Of a DNA stretch of 64,000 bases, positions 21,243 to 58,879 are shown one piece after another. Under the pieces are notes generated by a model. That model was not told where the DNA came from. It made no database searches and saw only the letters and a list, made by a program, of their open reading frames with translations. The stretch is from the NCBI RefSeq assembly GCF_009914755.1, contig NC_060927.1, one strand, 5' to 3'. Source of the DNA: the human T2T-CHM13v2.0 reference genome, Homo sapiens. The position numbers and the translations under genes are program-made. Within the stretch, counting starts at the first letter, position 1; each line of letters begins with the position of its first letter.

Positions 21243-23987
21243 GGGGGTACTAGGGGCAAGGCCCCAGGGTGGAGCCAGTTCTGGGAGCTGTGTCCAGCTA
21301 GGCATCTGTGACCCCAAATGGCATGAATAAAAGGGCAGGTTGCTAAGAGCCAGGGGAGGGCATGGGGCAGGGAGACCAGGTTGGCCCAGACAGGACAGAG
21401 GTGCTCCAGGGACAGGGTGCTGGAGTGAAGCCAGGTGGAGCGGTGGAGCTGTGGAGCCTTTGAAACATCCTGAGGGCCCAGGCCTGCCACAGGGTGACCT
21501 GGGCAGAGGAGAAGCCCAGAGGACAGCAAGGTGCCCAAATGAGGTCAGGGCTTCTGGGGTGGAGGGATGGGGGGGCACAGTGGCGGCGGGGGAAGGAACG
21601 TTGAGTCCCAGGTGAGCCTGCCTTTCCAGGCCAAGCCCTTGGAGTGAGGGTGCTCCTGCCTGGGGGGCGAGAAGTGGAAGTGGCTCACAGTCCAAGGTGA
21701 CAAATGAACCCATCACCGGTCAGCTACCATCCCTGTGAAGGAGCCAGGGTGGAAGGCCCTGTCCATGTCCTCCCTCCCTCCCTAAGCCCTGAGGAAGGTA
21801 ACAGCCCCACCTGTGAGGCCCCAGCCTGGAAGCAGAGTAGGAGAGCCGGGCTTCTTAGAGGTGGGCAGTGGGTGGTGGTGGGCAGTACTGGTAAGTATGC
21901 TTGGGTGGCTGGGACTTGCCCTGGAACTGGGGCTGAAATTCAAACGGGGAGGCCCAGGCCTTTGTTCCCAAGACCCTGTGAATGCTCCCTGTTCCCCCAA
22001 AAACAGAGGGGCTCTGCAAGGACAGGCTTCATGGGATTTCTCTTTCAGAGTGGGCCTGCAGTGAAAGACCAGCTCAGCCCCTTCTGACCATGTGACCCCA
22101 GAAACTTCAGCCCCAGCAGAAAGGTTGTGAGGCTGGAGGAAGGCACTGCCCACGGCACATCCAGTCCCAGCGGGGTCTGGGGGCACCCCTCAGTGCCAGG
22201 CACTGTCTGCCCTGCAAGGGGAGCCCAGGCACTGCAGTGGAGGCGCAGGGGCAGAGCCCAGACCCCACTCAGCTCCACTCTCACCCCTGCCACAAGCAAA
22301 GCTGCTGAGAAAGGGAGCCAGGCAGCCTCGCCTCTGGCGCCCCCCAATCTGATGCACCCAGACTCCCCTCAATGCAGGTGCCAGCCCCTCAGCTCCTGGC
22401 AGCCTTCCTCCCCTGCAGAACCAGGCTCAGCCATTCCACAGGTAGCCTCCCTGCCCAAAAGGAAGCCTGGCAGGTGAGATGCTGGCTCCACCACCAGCAT
22501 CAAGCCCTGCTTGTCTCAGTCTCAGCAGAGGAACCCCTGTCCAGGCCCCAACCCTGCCTCTTGGGTCACCGTGGCACTGCTGTAAGGCCTGCTCTTGCCC
22601 TATGGCCAGGCCTGCCTGGAAAGTGCTTAGTGCAGAGGGCAGGGAGGCATGGGGGAGGCCTCTCACTGGCCCAGGGACTGCACTGAGCCATGCCTGGCCT
22701 GGCCCTGGGAGCTAGACCACAAACCGACGCAGCCCTGCTCGTGGGTCCAAGAGCTGCTTACTTCTGGGGGCACCCATGCTGAGGGGGCTGCGAGGCAGAG
22801 CTGGGCTGACACAGACAGACTGGGATTGGCTAAGGAAGATCACCTGGCCCCTCCAGCCCTAGCCCTGGCTCTTTTGTCACTGTGATACCTCTGAGCCACA
22901 TGCCCAGAGGACAATGCTGCTTCCCACATCCCCCTACCCCACTTTTGCCTTCTAACTTTGGTGCCCAGCTCAGGGTGAGGCAGTTAAGGGTCCAGGGAAT
23001 AAAATGGGCCAGGCCAAGGACCGCCAGGGCCTCTCCTTTTTTGTCTGGGAGACTCGATTCCATAGACTGGGACCCACGCTCGGCTGGCAGGATTCCTGCT
23101 TGTGGGGTAAGGCTGGGTGCCTTGCGGTGCCCTCTCATCCCTGAGCCTCAAGGATGCAAGCTTCTACTTGGACCTTAAATGTCCACTTTCTCATCTCATT
23201 CCCCCACCTGCCAGACTTCTGAGTGCTGGCACTGAAGGATTAGCTAATTTTGCAACCTGAGTGGCAAAACACTGGGCCCTGAGCCAGCAGACAGTCCCCA
23301 CCTAGCTGTGGGCCGTGACCCCACCTAGCTGTGGGCCGTGACCCCATGCTGTGCTGATGAAAATGAGAAGCTACACAGAAAGTCAGAAAACTCAGAGGTC
23401 CTGATAAGGCAGTGAGCCAGACCCCAGGGAGATGTCTGTGAGTGCTGCGGGGGCAGTGAAGGCAGGAAGCAGGTTCCCCGCCTGGAAGGGGCTGGGGCTT
23501 CCCTGGAGCTGCGCTCAGGCACCAAGTCTGTGGGTCTCATGGCTCTAGCTCTGCTGCTCTGTGCAGAGCCCCAGGATGACCGGGAAGAACCCAGGGCACT
23601 GGACACATCCCTGGAAAGCAGCAACCTGCTGCCACAGGTAAAGCAAACCCATGAGAGGAAACGGTCAGAGCCAGCAGGCATGGGACAGGGAGGACTGCTG
23701 GCCCCTCCCACTGTGGCCCACACCGGCGGGTTCAGGCCAGTCTTGGAATGTGAAGATGGTGGAGGGCCAGCTGCTGGCTGGCAGGGTGGCCCGCCAGGGT
23801 ATCCTGCTTCCCCTTCCTCAAGGAGAGCCTCCATCCCGCAGCCAGGCCACAGGATGCAGAGCTCCAGAGCTTCACCCGGCTGCTGTAGTTGCCGGTACCC
23901 AGGAGGGCTGGCTCTGGAGGGCTGGGCTTGGCAGGCTGGGGAGAGCAAGGAGGTGGGGAACCCCCAGTCTGCCGGCCCGGCCCCTGG

Positions 23988-24305
<318 letters not shown>

Positions 24306-24396
24306 TCACGCTGACAGCCCCATGCCACTCCCTTCCACCACTATAAATGGACACCCCTGGCATGGTCATCTGTCTTTCTTTAAAAAACCTTTTTTA

Positions 24397-27709
<3,313 letters not shown>

Positions 27710-27765
27710 TTGAATGTAACTTTCTAAGTGATTAGCAGGATCAGGATTTGCAAAACCATGGCTCA

Positions 27766-28062
<297 letters not shown>

Positions 28063-29429
28063 CTAAAGAAATAAGGTTCCTCAGTGAACCCAGTGGCACA
28101 GGCTGAACATGGGGACAGGCAGAGTGACCCCACAGACCCACACCCAGAGCTGTGGTTCCACTGGGCTAGGAGGCCTTCTGAGTCCTTAGAAAGCAACTCA
28201 ATGGCTCAACCTTGTTGGAAAAATGGGGAAGCAAAGGGAAGGTGAGCAGCCCCTGTCCTGGCCCTCTAGGGTCCCCAGGGAAAGATGGAGGAAGGGGTAC
28301 ACTCTGAGCGACCCAGGTCCTCCGCGTGCCCCTCCGTGTGCCCCTCTCCCCTCAGGACTGGGCCCACTGCTGCGAAAACAGAACCACCAGTGCTCAAGCG
28401 GCCGGCGGCTGGAAAGCTGGCTCCAGGTGCACTGCACGGCCAGCAGTAGGCACGGCCAGGTACCCTCCCCTACAAGAGCATCACGTACCCAGCTGTGTGT
28501 GAGGCTCCTCCAGCATTAGGGTTCCCTCAGGACTCTACAGCTTGGTGATGAGGACTGTGGGAAGGGTGACTGGTGGTGGCAATGGGCAGAGTCCTCCCAT
28601 GGGGCCTTTAAGTACAAGGCAGTTTCCACCAGCTGACCCAGCTTGGCCAAAGCAAGGAGCTTTGGCCACCCATGTCTTCATTTAACACCTACTCTGCCCC
28701 ATCTCCCACCAGATGTGGGCTGTGGAGAAGAGGTGCCCATGGGTGGGAGGAGCTTCCCTAGTGTCTTTTAGAAGCAGAGTCTGGCAGGATGGATACCAGG
28801 CCAGGTAGGGGCAGAGGTCTGTGCGGGGCCAGGAGGCTGCCCACTCTGGGCAGAGATCACCAGCCAAGGGGCATATGCCAGGGATCTTGGTGACCAAACA
28901 CCTTGGGGATCGGGTGTGCCTTCTCTGCCCCACCAATCACAGGTTCTCATGGCTCTCTGAAGACTGACACCCAGCTTGTGGCGTGTGCCAAGCTGCAGGT
29001 CCATCAGCCCCCTTTGCAGGCACAAACACTCGGGGTGTCTCTTTACCTAGTTCTCAAGGTATGTGAGAAAGGTCTTTCTCTCAAGGTCTGTCTGGGGTGG
29101 GGAAAAGCCACAGAGGCCCAGACAGTTCCTGAAGGCAGGGCCTCTGCCCCTGGCACTGTGGAGGTGACCACCATTGCCCCAGCCCCAACACAGAAGTCTG
29201 AGAGTGAAAGCTCTGGGCCACAATGTGCCAAATAAGACTCCTCTTTCCTGAGTTGTCCCATTTACTCCTCAGTGAGTGGCTCTAAGAAAACCAGGCCTAT
29301 GTTCCATAGTTCATGCGTCTTGCAGCTCATGCATGGCAGCATGGGGTGAAGTGCAAGGTTTATGTGTGTACCACACAAGCCTGGGATCCAGATAACCTCT
29401 GGTGTGGAGATAACTCGTCTCCACACATA

Positions 29430-30560
<1,131 letters not shown>

Positions 30561-30679
30561 AGCAGCAGCCTAGACATCAGCCAACTTGGAGCCGGTCAGA
30601 GGGCTCCTGGAGCAGCTTCCAGCCATGGCAGCATCGCTGGTGGCAGAGTAGCCCTCCCTCCACACACACCACAGGACTG

Positions 30680-33250
<2,571 letters not shown>

Positions 33251-33705
33251 CCCTGCAAGAAATGCCAGATGGTACCACTGCACTAAAGCCTGAGCAACAG
33301 ACTGAGACCCTATTTCAAAAGAAGAGGTGGAAGTGGCTGCTCTAGGGCAGGGGGTTGGCAATATCCTAAGACCTTCTGCTACCAATCCTTGTAGAACCAA
33401 ATGACTCCTCAAACCACACACAAGTTAAGTTTGCTTAAAATAAAAACTAAATGAAAAACCAACAAAATAACTACTGATTAAGGTATGTAGGCCAACCAGC
33501 TGGTGAACTGTGGGCAGTAATGGAGAAGATATTTTGGGAAAGTAGACCCTTCCCATGGCTGGTAGTATTCCCATCCTATTCCCCCAAATTAGAGGAAGGG
33601 AAGGATACAGGGTAGCGGTGGTACGCTGGGGCCAACAAGCCTGAGCTCATGACCTGATGCTCTGTCACCAGCTTTGTGTCTCTAGGCTAAAACTTCATTC
33701 TGTTT

Positions 33706-47053
<13,348 letters not shown>

Positions 47054-48027
47054 TCACACTGGCCATTCCGAACACTACCCCCAGTTCATCTGAATTAATA
47101 AACATTTATTTAATAAGTACTGGGCATTAAAATGTTGACATGACACTGCTAATCAATGTGTAAAATGCAAGCAATACAAGATGGCCTAGATTTTAAATCA
47201 GTCCCAACTTTTTTCATTTGTGGGTTTGTGTGTGTTTGCGGTAGTAGGAGAGGGCACAAGACAGCAATAAGGAGAAAAGTACCAGACTAGGAGCTGAAAA
47301 GCTTGGCTCTGGTTCAGACTTTGCCACAAATGGGCCTTCATTTCCTCTTCTGTAAGATGGGGATAGTCTCCCACAGGGTGGCTATGAGGATCAAATGCAA
47401 CAACTCATGAGAAAAGCGATGGAAACTTATAAAACGCATGCACATTTGAGGGAGAGTTGCTCCTCTTATTACTGAACTCTGAGAATTCCTCATACCCAAA
47501 GCACCCAGGAAAACCGCCTAGCATGAGGTCTCAGCAAAGGCCAATCACAGCCCGAGCACTACACAAAGGCCAGTGCAAGGTAAAGAAACCTACAAGGGCT
47601 AAACAACGAACGAGAGGAAAGCAAGGAAAGCAGACATGTGGATATCCTGAGTCACAGCATGGAGACAAAAGGTGGTAAAGGCCTTGTGTGCCTCTACTTC
47701 CCACAATCCCTGATCAGTTTGGGGTCACTGTATAGCTCTATTTCTAGTACGAGCATAGCCACAGGGGCCAGTCTCTTGCCTTTATTGTCTTCACTTTACT
47801 GATAGGACAACAGGTCAATGAAGTGACTTGTTTACGGTCAGCTGGGCAACTAGGCTGAGAAACCAAGCTTCCTGACCCCCACCCCCCGCAATCCACTCTC
47901 TCTCATCAGGTGGTTACACACCAACATCAGTTCCCATCTGTGGACGATCCACTATGGGCCAGGTCCTTAAGGGTAGGGGTTTTGCAGGTAAGACAGATTT
48001 GAAGAGGTAAAGTCACATGCCTATGGT

Positions 48028-49136
<1,109 letters not shown>

Positions 49137-52100
49137 ATTTAACCTGGTGCTGTGCAGTTCTAAAGCTGGCCCTCTTTCCACTATCTCTCCACCAGACATG
49201 CTGTCTCAGGATTCTAAGAAACCTCGAGAGGCAAGGTTTATTTTGCAATTAGGATGGCTGTCCCTGGTATCAAGAACAGATTTCTTCAGAAAATCAGCAC
49301 GACCTAGAACTTCTTTCTTATCTAACAGTCCTTTTGCTATTTCTAATGAAAACTGAAAAAGTCAAACAAACTTTATCCAAATAGGAAAAGAACAGATGAG
49401 CAGAACTAGACTCTTGATTGGAAGGACTGTGAATGCAAACTTTAACCAGAAACCATTTCCTCTTATCCCGCCCTGCCCCCTCTTTTTGAAGTGCCAGGAG
49501 CAGCTACAAAAACAAATTTGACTCCTAGGGCAAGGGGAAGCTTGAGAGTCAAGGCCAAAGGTCCTGAAATCTGGAGGTCCAGGCCCAAGGGCACAGACTT
49601 TACCTCTATGAAGGAGAGATCTGGCAGCATCCCTAGCGAGCAGACAGTGAGCCTGAGAGAGAGCTGAATAGAGGGGTACAGTTCCATAAGGCTGACCTCT
49701 GCGCTGGACTTGAGGCCGGTGTGCCTAGTGATCTGCAAAAACGAGTTTACATAACAGGCCTTTGTGTTGTCCCAGATAAGAGTGAGTAGAGGAGCTTCAG
49801 AATGTTTTAAGGATTTAGAGCCAGCTGAGATTTCCTGAGGACACTGAGGTGGGGAGGAGGGAGGGGTGGGGGAGGGGCAAATTCAGACCTAATCTGTCTC
49901 ATCTAGGGAGGAAAACAGTAACTGCAGCAATAAAAAAATATATATTTATAAATCCTTGTTTTTAAATAAGAAATGAGTAACACTGATGGCTTCTTCTTAG
50001 AGGACACTGGGTGGCTTACGGGACAAACACGGAAGGGAGACTTTTCACTATATATACCCTTTGAAGTTTTTAAAATTTTGAAATTTGAACCATGTGAATG
50101 GTTTATCTATTCAAAAGTAAGTCATGGAAACTTTATTTTAAGCATGTTCAAAGTTTTCTGACAACCCTAAGAAAGAGGCAGAGCAAAGACCATTAGTCCC
50201 ATTTCACAGATGAGGAAGCCTGAGGCTCCAAGGAGAAAAAAAATGAATTGCCCAAGTCTGTGGCAGGGTTGAAGCAAGACTCAGAACTTCAGACTCCTAG
50301 TCCAGTGCTCTCTGTCAGAGACTCCACAGTATGCAAGATAAGCAGCACTCAGATTCACTTTATAAGTCCAGTTCTCATAGCTACAGTCAAATGCATCCAC
50401 AAGAACACTGGAAATGATCACCATATACAAAGCCTTACTGACTCGTACAGCAGTGTCTCTGAGCCGTTTGGGTATATCTACACGTTTTGGTTAATAATAA
50501 ACCAAACACCCTAAAACTCTTTAACTGTCAACCCCAATCTTTCTAAAATGCCCCATTCCACATTCTTCTCTCAGTGAATGCAATGGCCACAACTGCATTT
50601 TTATTAGATCCATTCACTTTCAGAATCTCACGGTCATCTTTATGAACTCAGAGCAAATCAGAAGGGTGGTCAAGTAAAAATGAAGACTGGGCTTAGGAGC
50701 CAGCCAAACCCTTGGTTTTGCCACAGAGTTGTAAGTGACCTTGGCCTCAGCTTTCTCTCTATAAAGGAACCAATTAACAGGCACATATTGGACACCATGT
50801 GTTTGACACTGGCCCACTGGATCCCTGTGTCTTCAAGGAGCTTACCTTCTATAGGGGCAGACAGAAAAAAACAGTTAATTTGAAGCTGTGGTAAGTGTTA
50901 TGACCAGATACAATAGAGTTACAGAATAGAGGACCTGGGAGATCAGGCAAGGCCTCTCTGAAGATGTGGCATTTGCGTTGGGACCTGAATGATGAAGTAG
51001 CAGTTACGTGGGGATCTAGAGGCAGAGTATGATGGGCACGGGAAGAGATGCAAAGGTCCTGAGGCAGGGGTAAGCCCACCATGTTGAAGGGCTAGTGAAG
51101 CTGGAGAGCAGGCAGTGAAGGGTAGAGATGGGCCTCTGTCTGCCTCTCCAACTTTGTCTCCTTCCAGAGGTCCATCTCTTTGGGGAAGGTGTTTGGAGGT
51201 TATTCTGGTTGTAATGGGAAGTGGCTACAGAAATAAAGTAATTTGATTAAATCTGTGATTCTCAAATGTTTCGGTTTTTTTAGCAGGAGAATTCTTTAGT
51301 CAAATAACAAGAATTTCAACCTACAACTAGATAAAGGTATTGCTCTGACTGGTTGGGAAGCTAGTTAAAGCCCTTCTGACCCTCTCTCTGACCTCTTGGC
51401 TTTTCTCCTTACCTTTCAGTACCTCCAAGCTCACAGGAGCTAGAAAACCACCAGGTGATCCATCTCTAAGCTTCCTGAAGCTCTAATAAAACCCAGCATC
51501 ATTGTAAAGAATCACAGGGAAAGCTTTAGGATATAAGACTGGATGCTTGCTGGACAAGCATCTCGGGCTTCCCAAGACAGGCCCTGAGAAGGTTTATTTT
51601 ATTTTATTCTAAATAGATACCACGTCTCACTATGCTGGCCAGGCTCATCTCGAACTCTTGACATCCAGCAATCTTCCTGCCTCGGCCTCCCAAAGTGCTG
51701 GGATTGCAGGCATGAGCCACTGCACCCGGCCCCTGGAAAGGTTTTACACTGAATCCCTGATGTGCACTTGCTTTCCACAGAAAAAACAACAATAAGCTCT
51801 GGTTCATCAAGGCTTTCAGTTAAAATCACACTGCTGAAACTACAGAGACAAAAAACAGATCGGGGGTTGCCACAGGATGAGGTGAAAGGAACTGACTACA
51901 GAAGAACAAAAGAACTTTCTGGGTTGGTGGAAAAATTCTCCATCTTGATAGTGATGTGGCTGCTTGTCTGTGTAAGTTTGTGAAGTTCATAGACCTGTAA
52001 CACCTCAAGTGGTGAAGGTTTACCGTGTGTAAATTAGACCTCAAAAAACTTGACTTAAAATCACATTGCCAAAAGACTACTCAGAGGCACTTTACAGATG

Positions 52101-53927
52101 GAGGAGGGAAAATGGCTTGCTCCTGCTGCGGCAGCGGACCCCAGGAAGCCTGACTCGAAGGACAGTGTTCCCTCAAGTTCACGGCTGCCCAGCTTTAATT
52201 TGGAGCCTCTGCAGTGAGTTAGACTTCAGGTTTTCCTGCCGGCAAAATGAGGTGGTAAACAATTGCCAGAGGCTTCCCCACCACAGACAACGGGATTCTG
52301 AAAAGCTGTCCACTATGGGGGAGAAATCTGCTTTGGAGTCAGAAAAACTGGGAAAAATATTCCCACCTCTATCACTTCTTAGCTGTGTGCCCAGGCTCCA
52401 TCCTGTGTGAGCGGGGGTAAGAATTCCCTCCAGTCAGCAGAGAATGCACCTGTAACCCAGCTGATTCCCAACAGCCTCTCAAGAAGGTCAGCGGCTATAA
52501 CTTGGAGAGGTGTTTACCACAGCTACACAGCTCTTCTGCTCCCTGGGCCCCGGGCTGCTTCCTAGGAAGGACAATCTGGAGGCAACCATAAGGAAAGAAA
52601 ATAACGAACTGCCTGGCCCTGCATTGCATAACCCGTGCGCAGTAAACCAGGAGCTCTGCTGGGACACAGTCTGTTATCTCAACAGGTAAACAGGAACCCT
52701 GCCCCCTCCCTGACCACCGTCAGCACTGGGCCACCACAGACACTCCAGACACAGACCGATAGCACATGAGGAGGACACCACTGCTCTTTAGCCTGTATTT
52801 TCACACTCCCATTTCCCTGCAGCTGCTGGCATCATCACTGGGCACACTCAATAACGGACACTCCACCCACTCCAGCCCTTCCCTGGCTACCTGCTCCAAA
52901 AGGGTGGTCCCGAGTGACTCAAAGCTGCCTTCTGCACCTTGCTCTTTTCCATCCACGGAGACCAAAACACAGACCCCAGAAGACGATTAAAATATAATAA
53001 TAATAAAACCCCTCAGGCAGGAGTTTCTGCTTCCCCGTCACATCTACTGAGAGGCACTGTGGACACATAAAGACTGTTGACTTACTTTTTTCTCCACCTT
53101 GGGGCAGGAGGGAGGCAACACCCAGAAATTATCCCAATTTTATAGAAACAAAGACAAAGAGCTACATATCCTAGCCAAAGGCAACAAGGAGCAGGCCTAG
53201 AGCCACCCGGAGAGGCAGAGCCCAGCAGCAGCAAGGCTCCAGTGACTCCCATCTCCCTGGCAGAGATCGTCCCAGCCCTGTGCCCTGAGGGTGTCCTGAA
53301 GATCATGGGGGCTCGAAACCATGAAAGCAAGCAAAGATTTCTGTACAGTGCGGTTCAGAAAAGTTACTGAGTGCCTTCAGCCCAGGATCTCCTGGTTGAT
53401 TAGGGAGTACTAACACCTAGGTTAAGAAACTCTGATTTCATTCATCACAAATATTTATCAAACCACTGCCAGGACATTGTGGCAACCACATCCTGCTGTT
53501 TTTATTCGGAGCCATTGCCAAAGCTTGGTTCTCTCCCCCACCTTCCGGTATCTGTGAAGTTTTCAGTTTCTATCAAACTCCAGCTGGGGGAGGGAACCGG
53601 GGCTGGCCCTAGTCGAGTAAAGTTCCACCACCAGGTCCACAAAGAGACTGCAGGGAGGCGTGGCCAGGCCGGAAATTCTGACAAAAAGTTTTGGCCCTCT
53701 GGTCCTAAAAGCAACTACTTCCTGATCGCTCCTAGTCCTGGGGTGGGGATGCAGTTCTCTGGCTGAGTGCCCCGCCGGTGGGCTGAGCTGGGGGCTGCCA
53801 TCGCGGTGGATGGAGGTGGGGGGTCTGATCTCCGCACTCCAAGGCGCTCCGCTAGTACCTGGAACAGGGGAGTCTAACCCCCTGCCTTCCAATGGCTAAA
53901 GTTATTTTGGAGCACAGTCCCCTCCTA

Positions 53928-54395
<468 letters not shown>

Positions 54396-54764
54396 CTAGA
54401 AGAAGCCGAAGGGCCGGCGCTCTGGACGCTGGGACCGGCCTGAGCTCACGCAAGCCGCGGGCCGAGCTCCGCCCGCTCCAGCCCACGGGCCGCCTGGCTA
54501 CGTGGAGCCGCCGCAACACCTGAACCCCCAGCACTGCCGACCGCCTGCCTCGGCCTCGGCCCCGCCCCACCCCGGCTGGCTCCCGCCCCGGCCCGGCTCG
54601 GCCCCGCCCGGACCCGGTGCCCCGCGGGTTCGGCTCCCCCCCGGACCCGCCAAGCCGGGCCCTCCGCAAAGCTCCGGCCGGTCCTCAGCTCCGTGCCACA
54701 CCAGTCTGGCCTGTAGGCCCGCCCCAGCCCGCCCCCGCCCGCCCCCGGCTCCGCCCTCAGGCTG

Positions 54765-55225
54765 GCACCCACTCCGCCCCCAGCCCAACCCTCGGGCCCA
54801 CCTCAGCCCGACCCGGGTTCCGCCTACGTCCCCGCCCCCGACTCCGCCCTCAGCTCCGACCTCGACTCCGCCCCCAGGCCCACCTCAGCGCGCCCCGACT
54901 CCGACCCGACTCTGCCCTCAGCCCGACCTCGACTCCGCCCACAGGACCACCTCAGCCCGCCCCGACTCCGCCCTCAGCCCGAACTCGACTCCGTCCCCAG
55001 CTCCGACCTCGACTCTGCCTTCAGGCCCACCTCAGCCCTCCCCGACTCCGCCTTCAGCCCGACCTCGACTCCGCCCTCAGGCCCACCTCAGCACACCGCC
55101 CCGACTCCGCCCACAGGCCCACCTCAGCCCGCCCCGACTCCGCCCTCAGGCTCACCTCAGCTCTGACTCCGCCCCACCCGACTCCGCCCTCAGCCCCGAC
55201 CCCAGCCCGACCCCGCCCTCAGCAC
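54765..55225. repeat. Degenerate C-rich minisatellite in the RAB43 promoter
   Basis: Recurrent units cccgactccgccctcag, gcccacctcagc and cccgacctcgactccg in mixed order. Confidence 0.8.
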
Positions 55226-57014
55226 CTCGGCCCCTCCTCCATCAACACCCCGGCGCGCCCACACCGCGGATCCGTCTGGCCCCCAAACCACTGCCCACCC
55301 CGACCCTTCATCAGCTGGGACCCCCAGGTGCTGTCCCGCGCCTCCTGCTCGCCCCCCACCCAGGCCTGGTCCGCCTGCCCGGGATCCCCTACCTGCTGCC
55401 TCCCAGACCGCCGGTCAGGGACAGGCGGAGACCATGGCTGGAGCTCCGGGCCTGCAGGCCTAGACTAAGAATGACCCCCTCCGGAATGGATCACGGAGGA
55501 AGGGGACGACCACAGCAGTGTCACCTGAGTGCCCACTCTGACAGGCGGGCAGTGCAGTCTCCGAGAGTGGTGGGGGTCGCTCTTCCCAGGGGCGGAAGGG
55601 AAGGGAGGGAGCAGGCTGCAGAAGGCCAGAATCCAGGCTGGCTACAAAACTGCGGAGGAGCCCAAAATCCTTGTGAGGAGAGGACCCAGGGCCCCATTTG
55701 ATGGGAAGCTAAGCCAGAAGGAGGAGCTGGGAGCTCTTGTCTCCAAAAGGCAGCCTAGCAGTGGTTGAAGCAGCTGCTAAACGGCTGGATGACCCAGCTC
55801 AGAGCAGCTACAGGCCCATTTGGGAAACTGACCCAGCCAAAAAGCACCAGTCTAGGAAGAGGAACAGAAAAACTTGAAGGGATTTCTGAGGAAGGGCAGA
55901 CCAACTCCTGAGTTGGCCCAGTGAACCAGGGCGCCTCAGAGAAAGGAGACCCAAACATCTGTAAGAAGCTTATACTAGATCCAACAGGACTGGGCTTCCC
56001 AGCTCCGAAGATGGGAAGGAATTGACAGCACCCCTTACCCCTCCAGACAGCTTCCTTGTGGCACTCCAATTCCAGGTATTCAACATATTTAATGAATGGC
56101 TACTACAGGCGGGCATTGTCCTGGGGCCTTGTAATGCACCTGTGGACAAAGCAGACAAAAATCCAGGAGAAAAGGGGAAAGTCTTCAAGCTGAAGGAGAC
56201 TTCGCAGAGAGCAAGTCCCCCAGTGCCACTGTGAGGACCCCAGCCAACCTTTCAGGTCAAGATAGAAAGGGACTGAATGAGCAGTCTGCAAAGGCAGACC
56301 CCGTGGAGAAGGCAGAAGAGTTGTTTCTTCTGAAAGTTTGAACTCCACTCCCATGGGAAATACCCAACAGAATCAGACAGGAAACCCCAAAGTGCCACTG
56401 AAAAGCAATTGAGAGCCCCACTTTGGTACACCTGATGGGAGCGGAGAGTTAGAGAGGCAGGAAATAACCTCCACTCCAGGGTAGAAGTAGACAGGAGATG
56501 GGATGGAAGGTTTCTGCATGCTGGGACTAGCTCAGGTCAAAGTCCAGAACTCCAGAAAACAAGGCCTGCCCCCAGCTCAGAGCAGCTACCACAGCACAAA
56601 ATGGTGTGGAATCCAGGAGCCAGGATGAAGCGTAGGGGTAGACGGTGGTTGGATAGCTAACTGGCCTTTCCACTGCTCTAGCCTGGAACTGGTTGGGCTG
56701 GGGCAGGGGACATGTTGGTCTGAGTATAGATTTTGTCAGAAAACCCAGGCACCACTCCCTTGCCTTTGCGGGGTGATTCTAAAATTGGACTGTGGTAAGG
56801 GTTGCACAACTCCTCAAGTTTATTAAAATCATTAAAATGTAAACTTACAACCTGTGGGTTTTATGGTATGTAAATTATACCTCAATAAAGCTGTCTAATA
56901 TCTGCATTTCCTCTTTTGGTGGTAAATTCCTGAGTAGCACAGTGGCATTTTATTTGAAATGGAATCATGCTAATTTGAAATGCAGCAATTAAAAAATATT
57001 TATGTTTCATTTAA

Positions 57015-58879
<1,865 letters not shown>

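Larger units (their letters stand above)
20462..23987 (-). other. RAB43: RAB43 3' UTR (~3.5 kb)
   Basis: Alu-free GC-rich stretch from the stop codon to an AT-rich end carrying ATTAAA; the cleavage position is inferred. Confidence 0.75.

Noticed and set aside
54502-55701. 399-aa Pro-rich ORF on + (and overlapping 283-aa and 255-aa ORFs)
   Set aside because: Non-ATG starts and low-complexity translation of the C-rich promoter minisatellite; stops are rare at this GC content.
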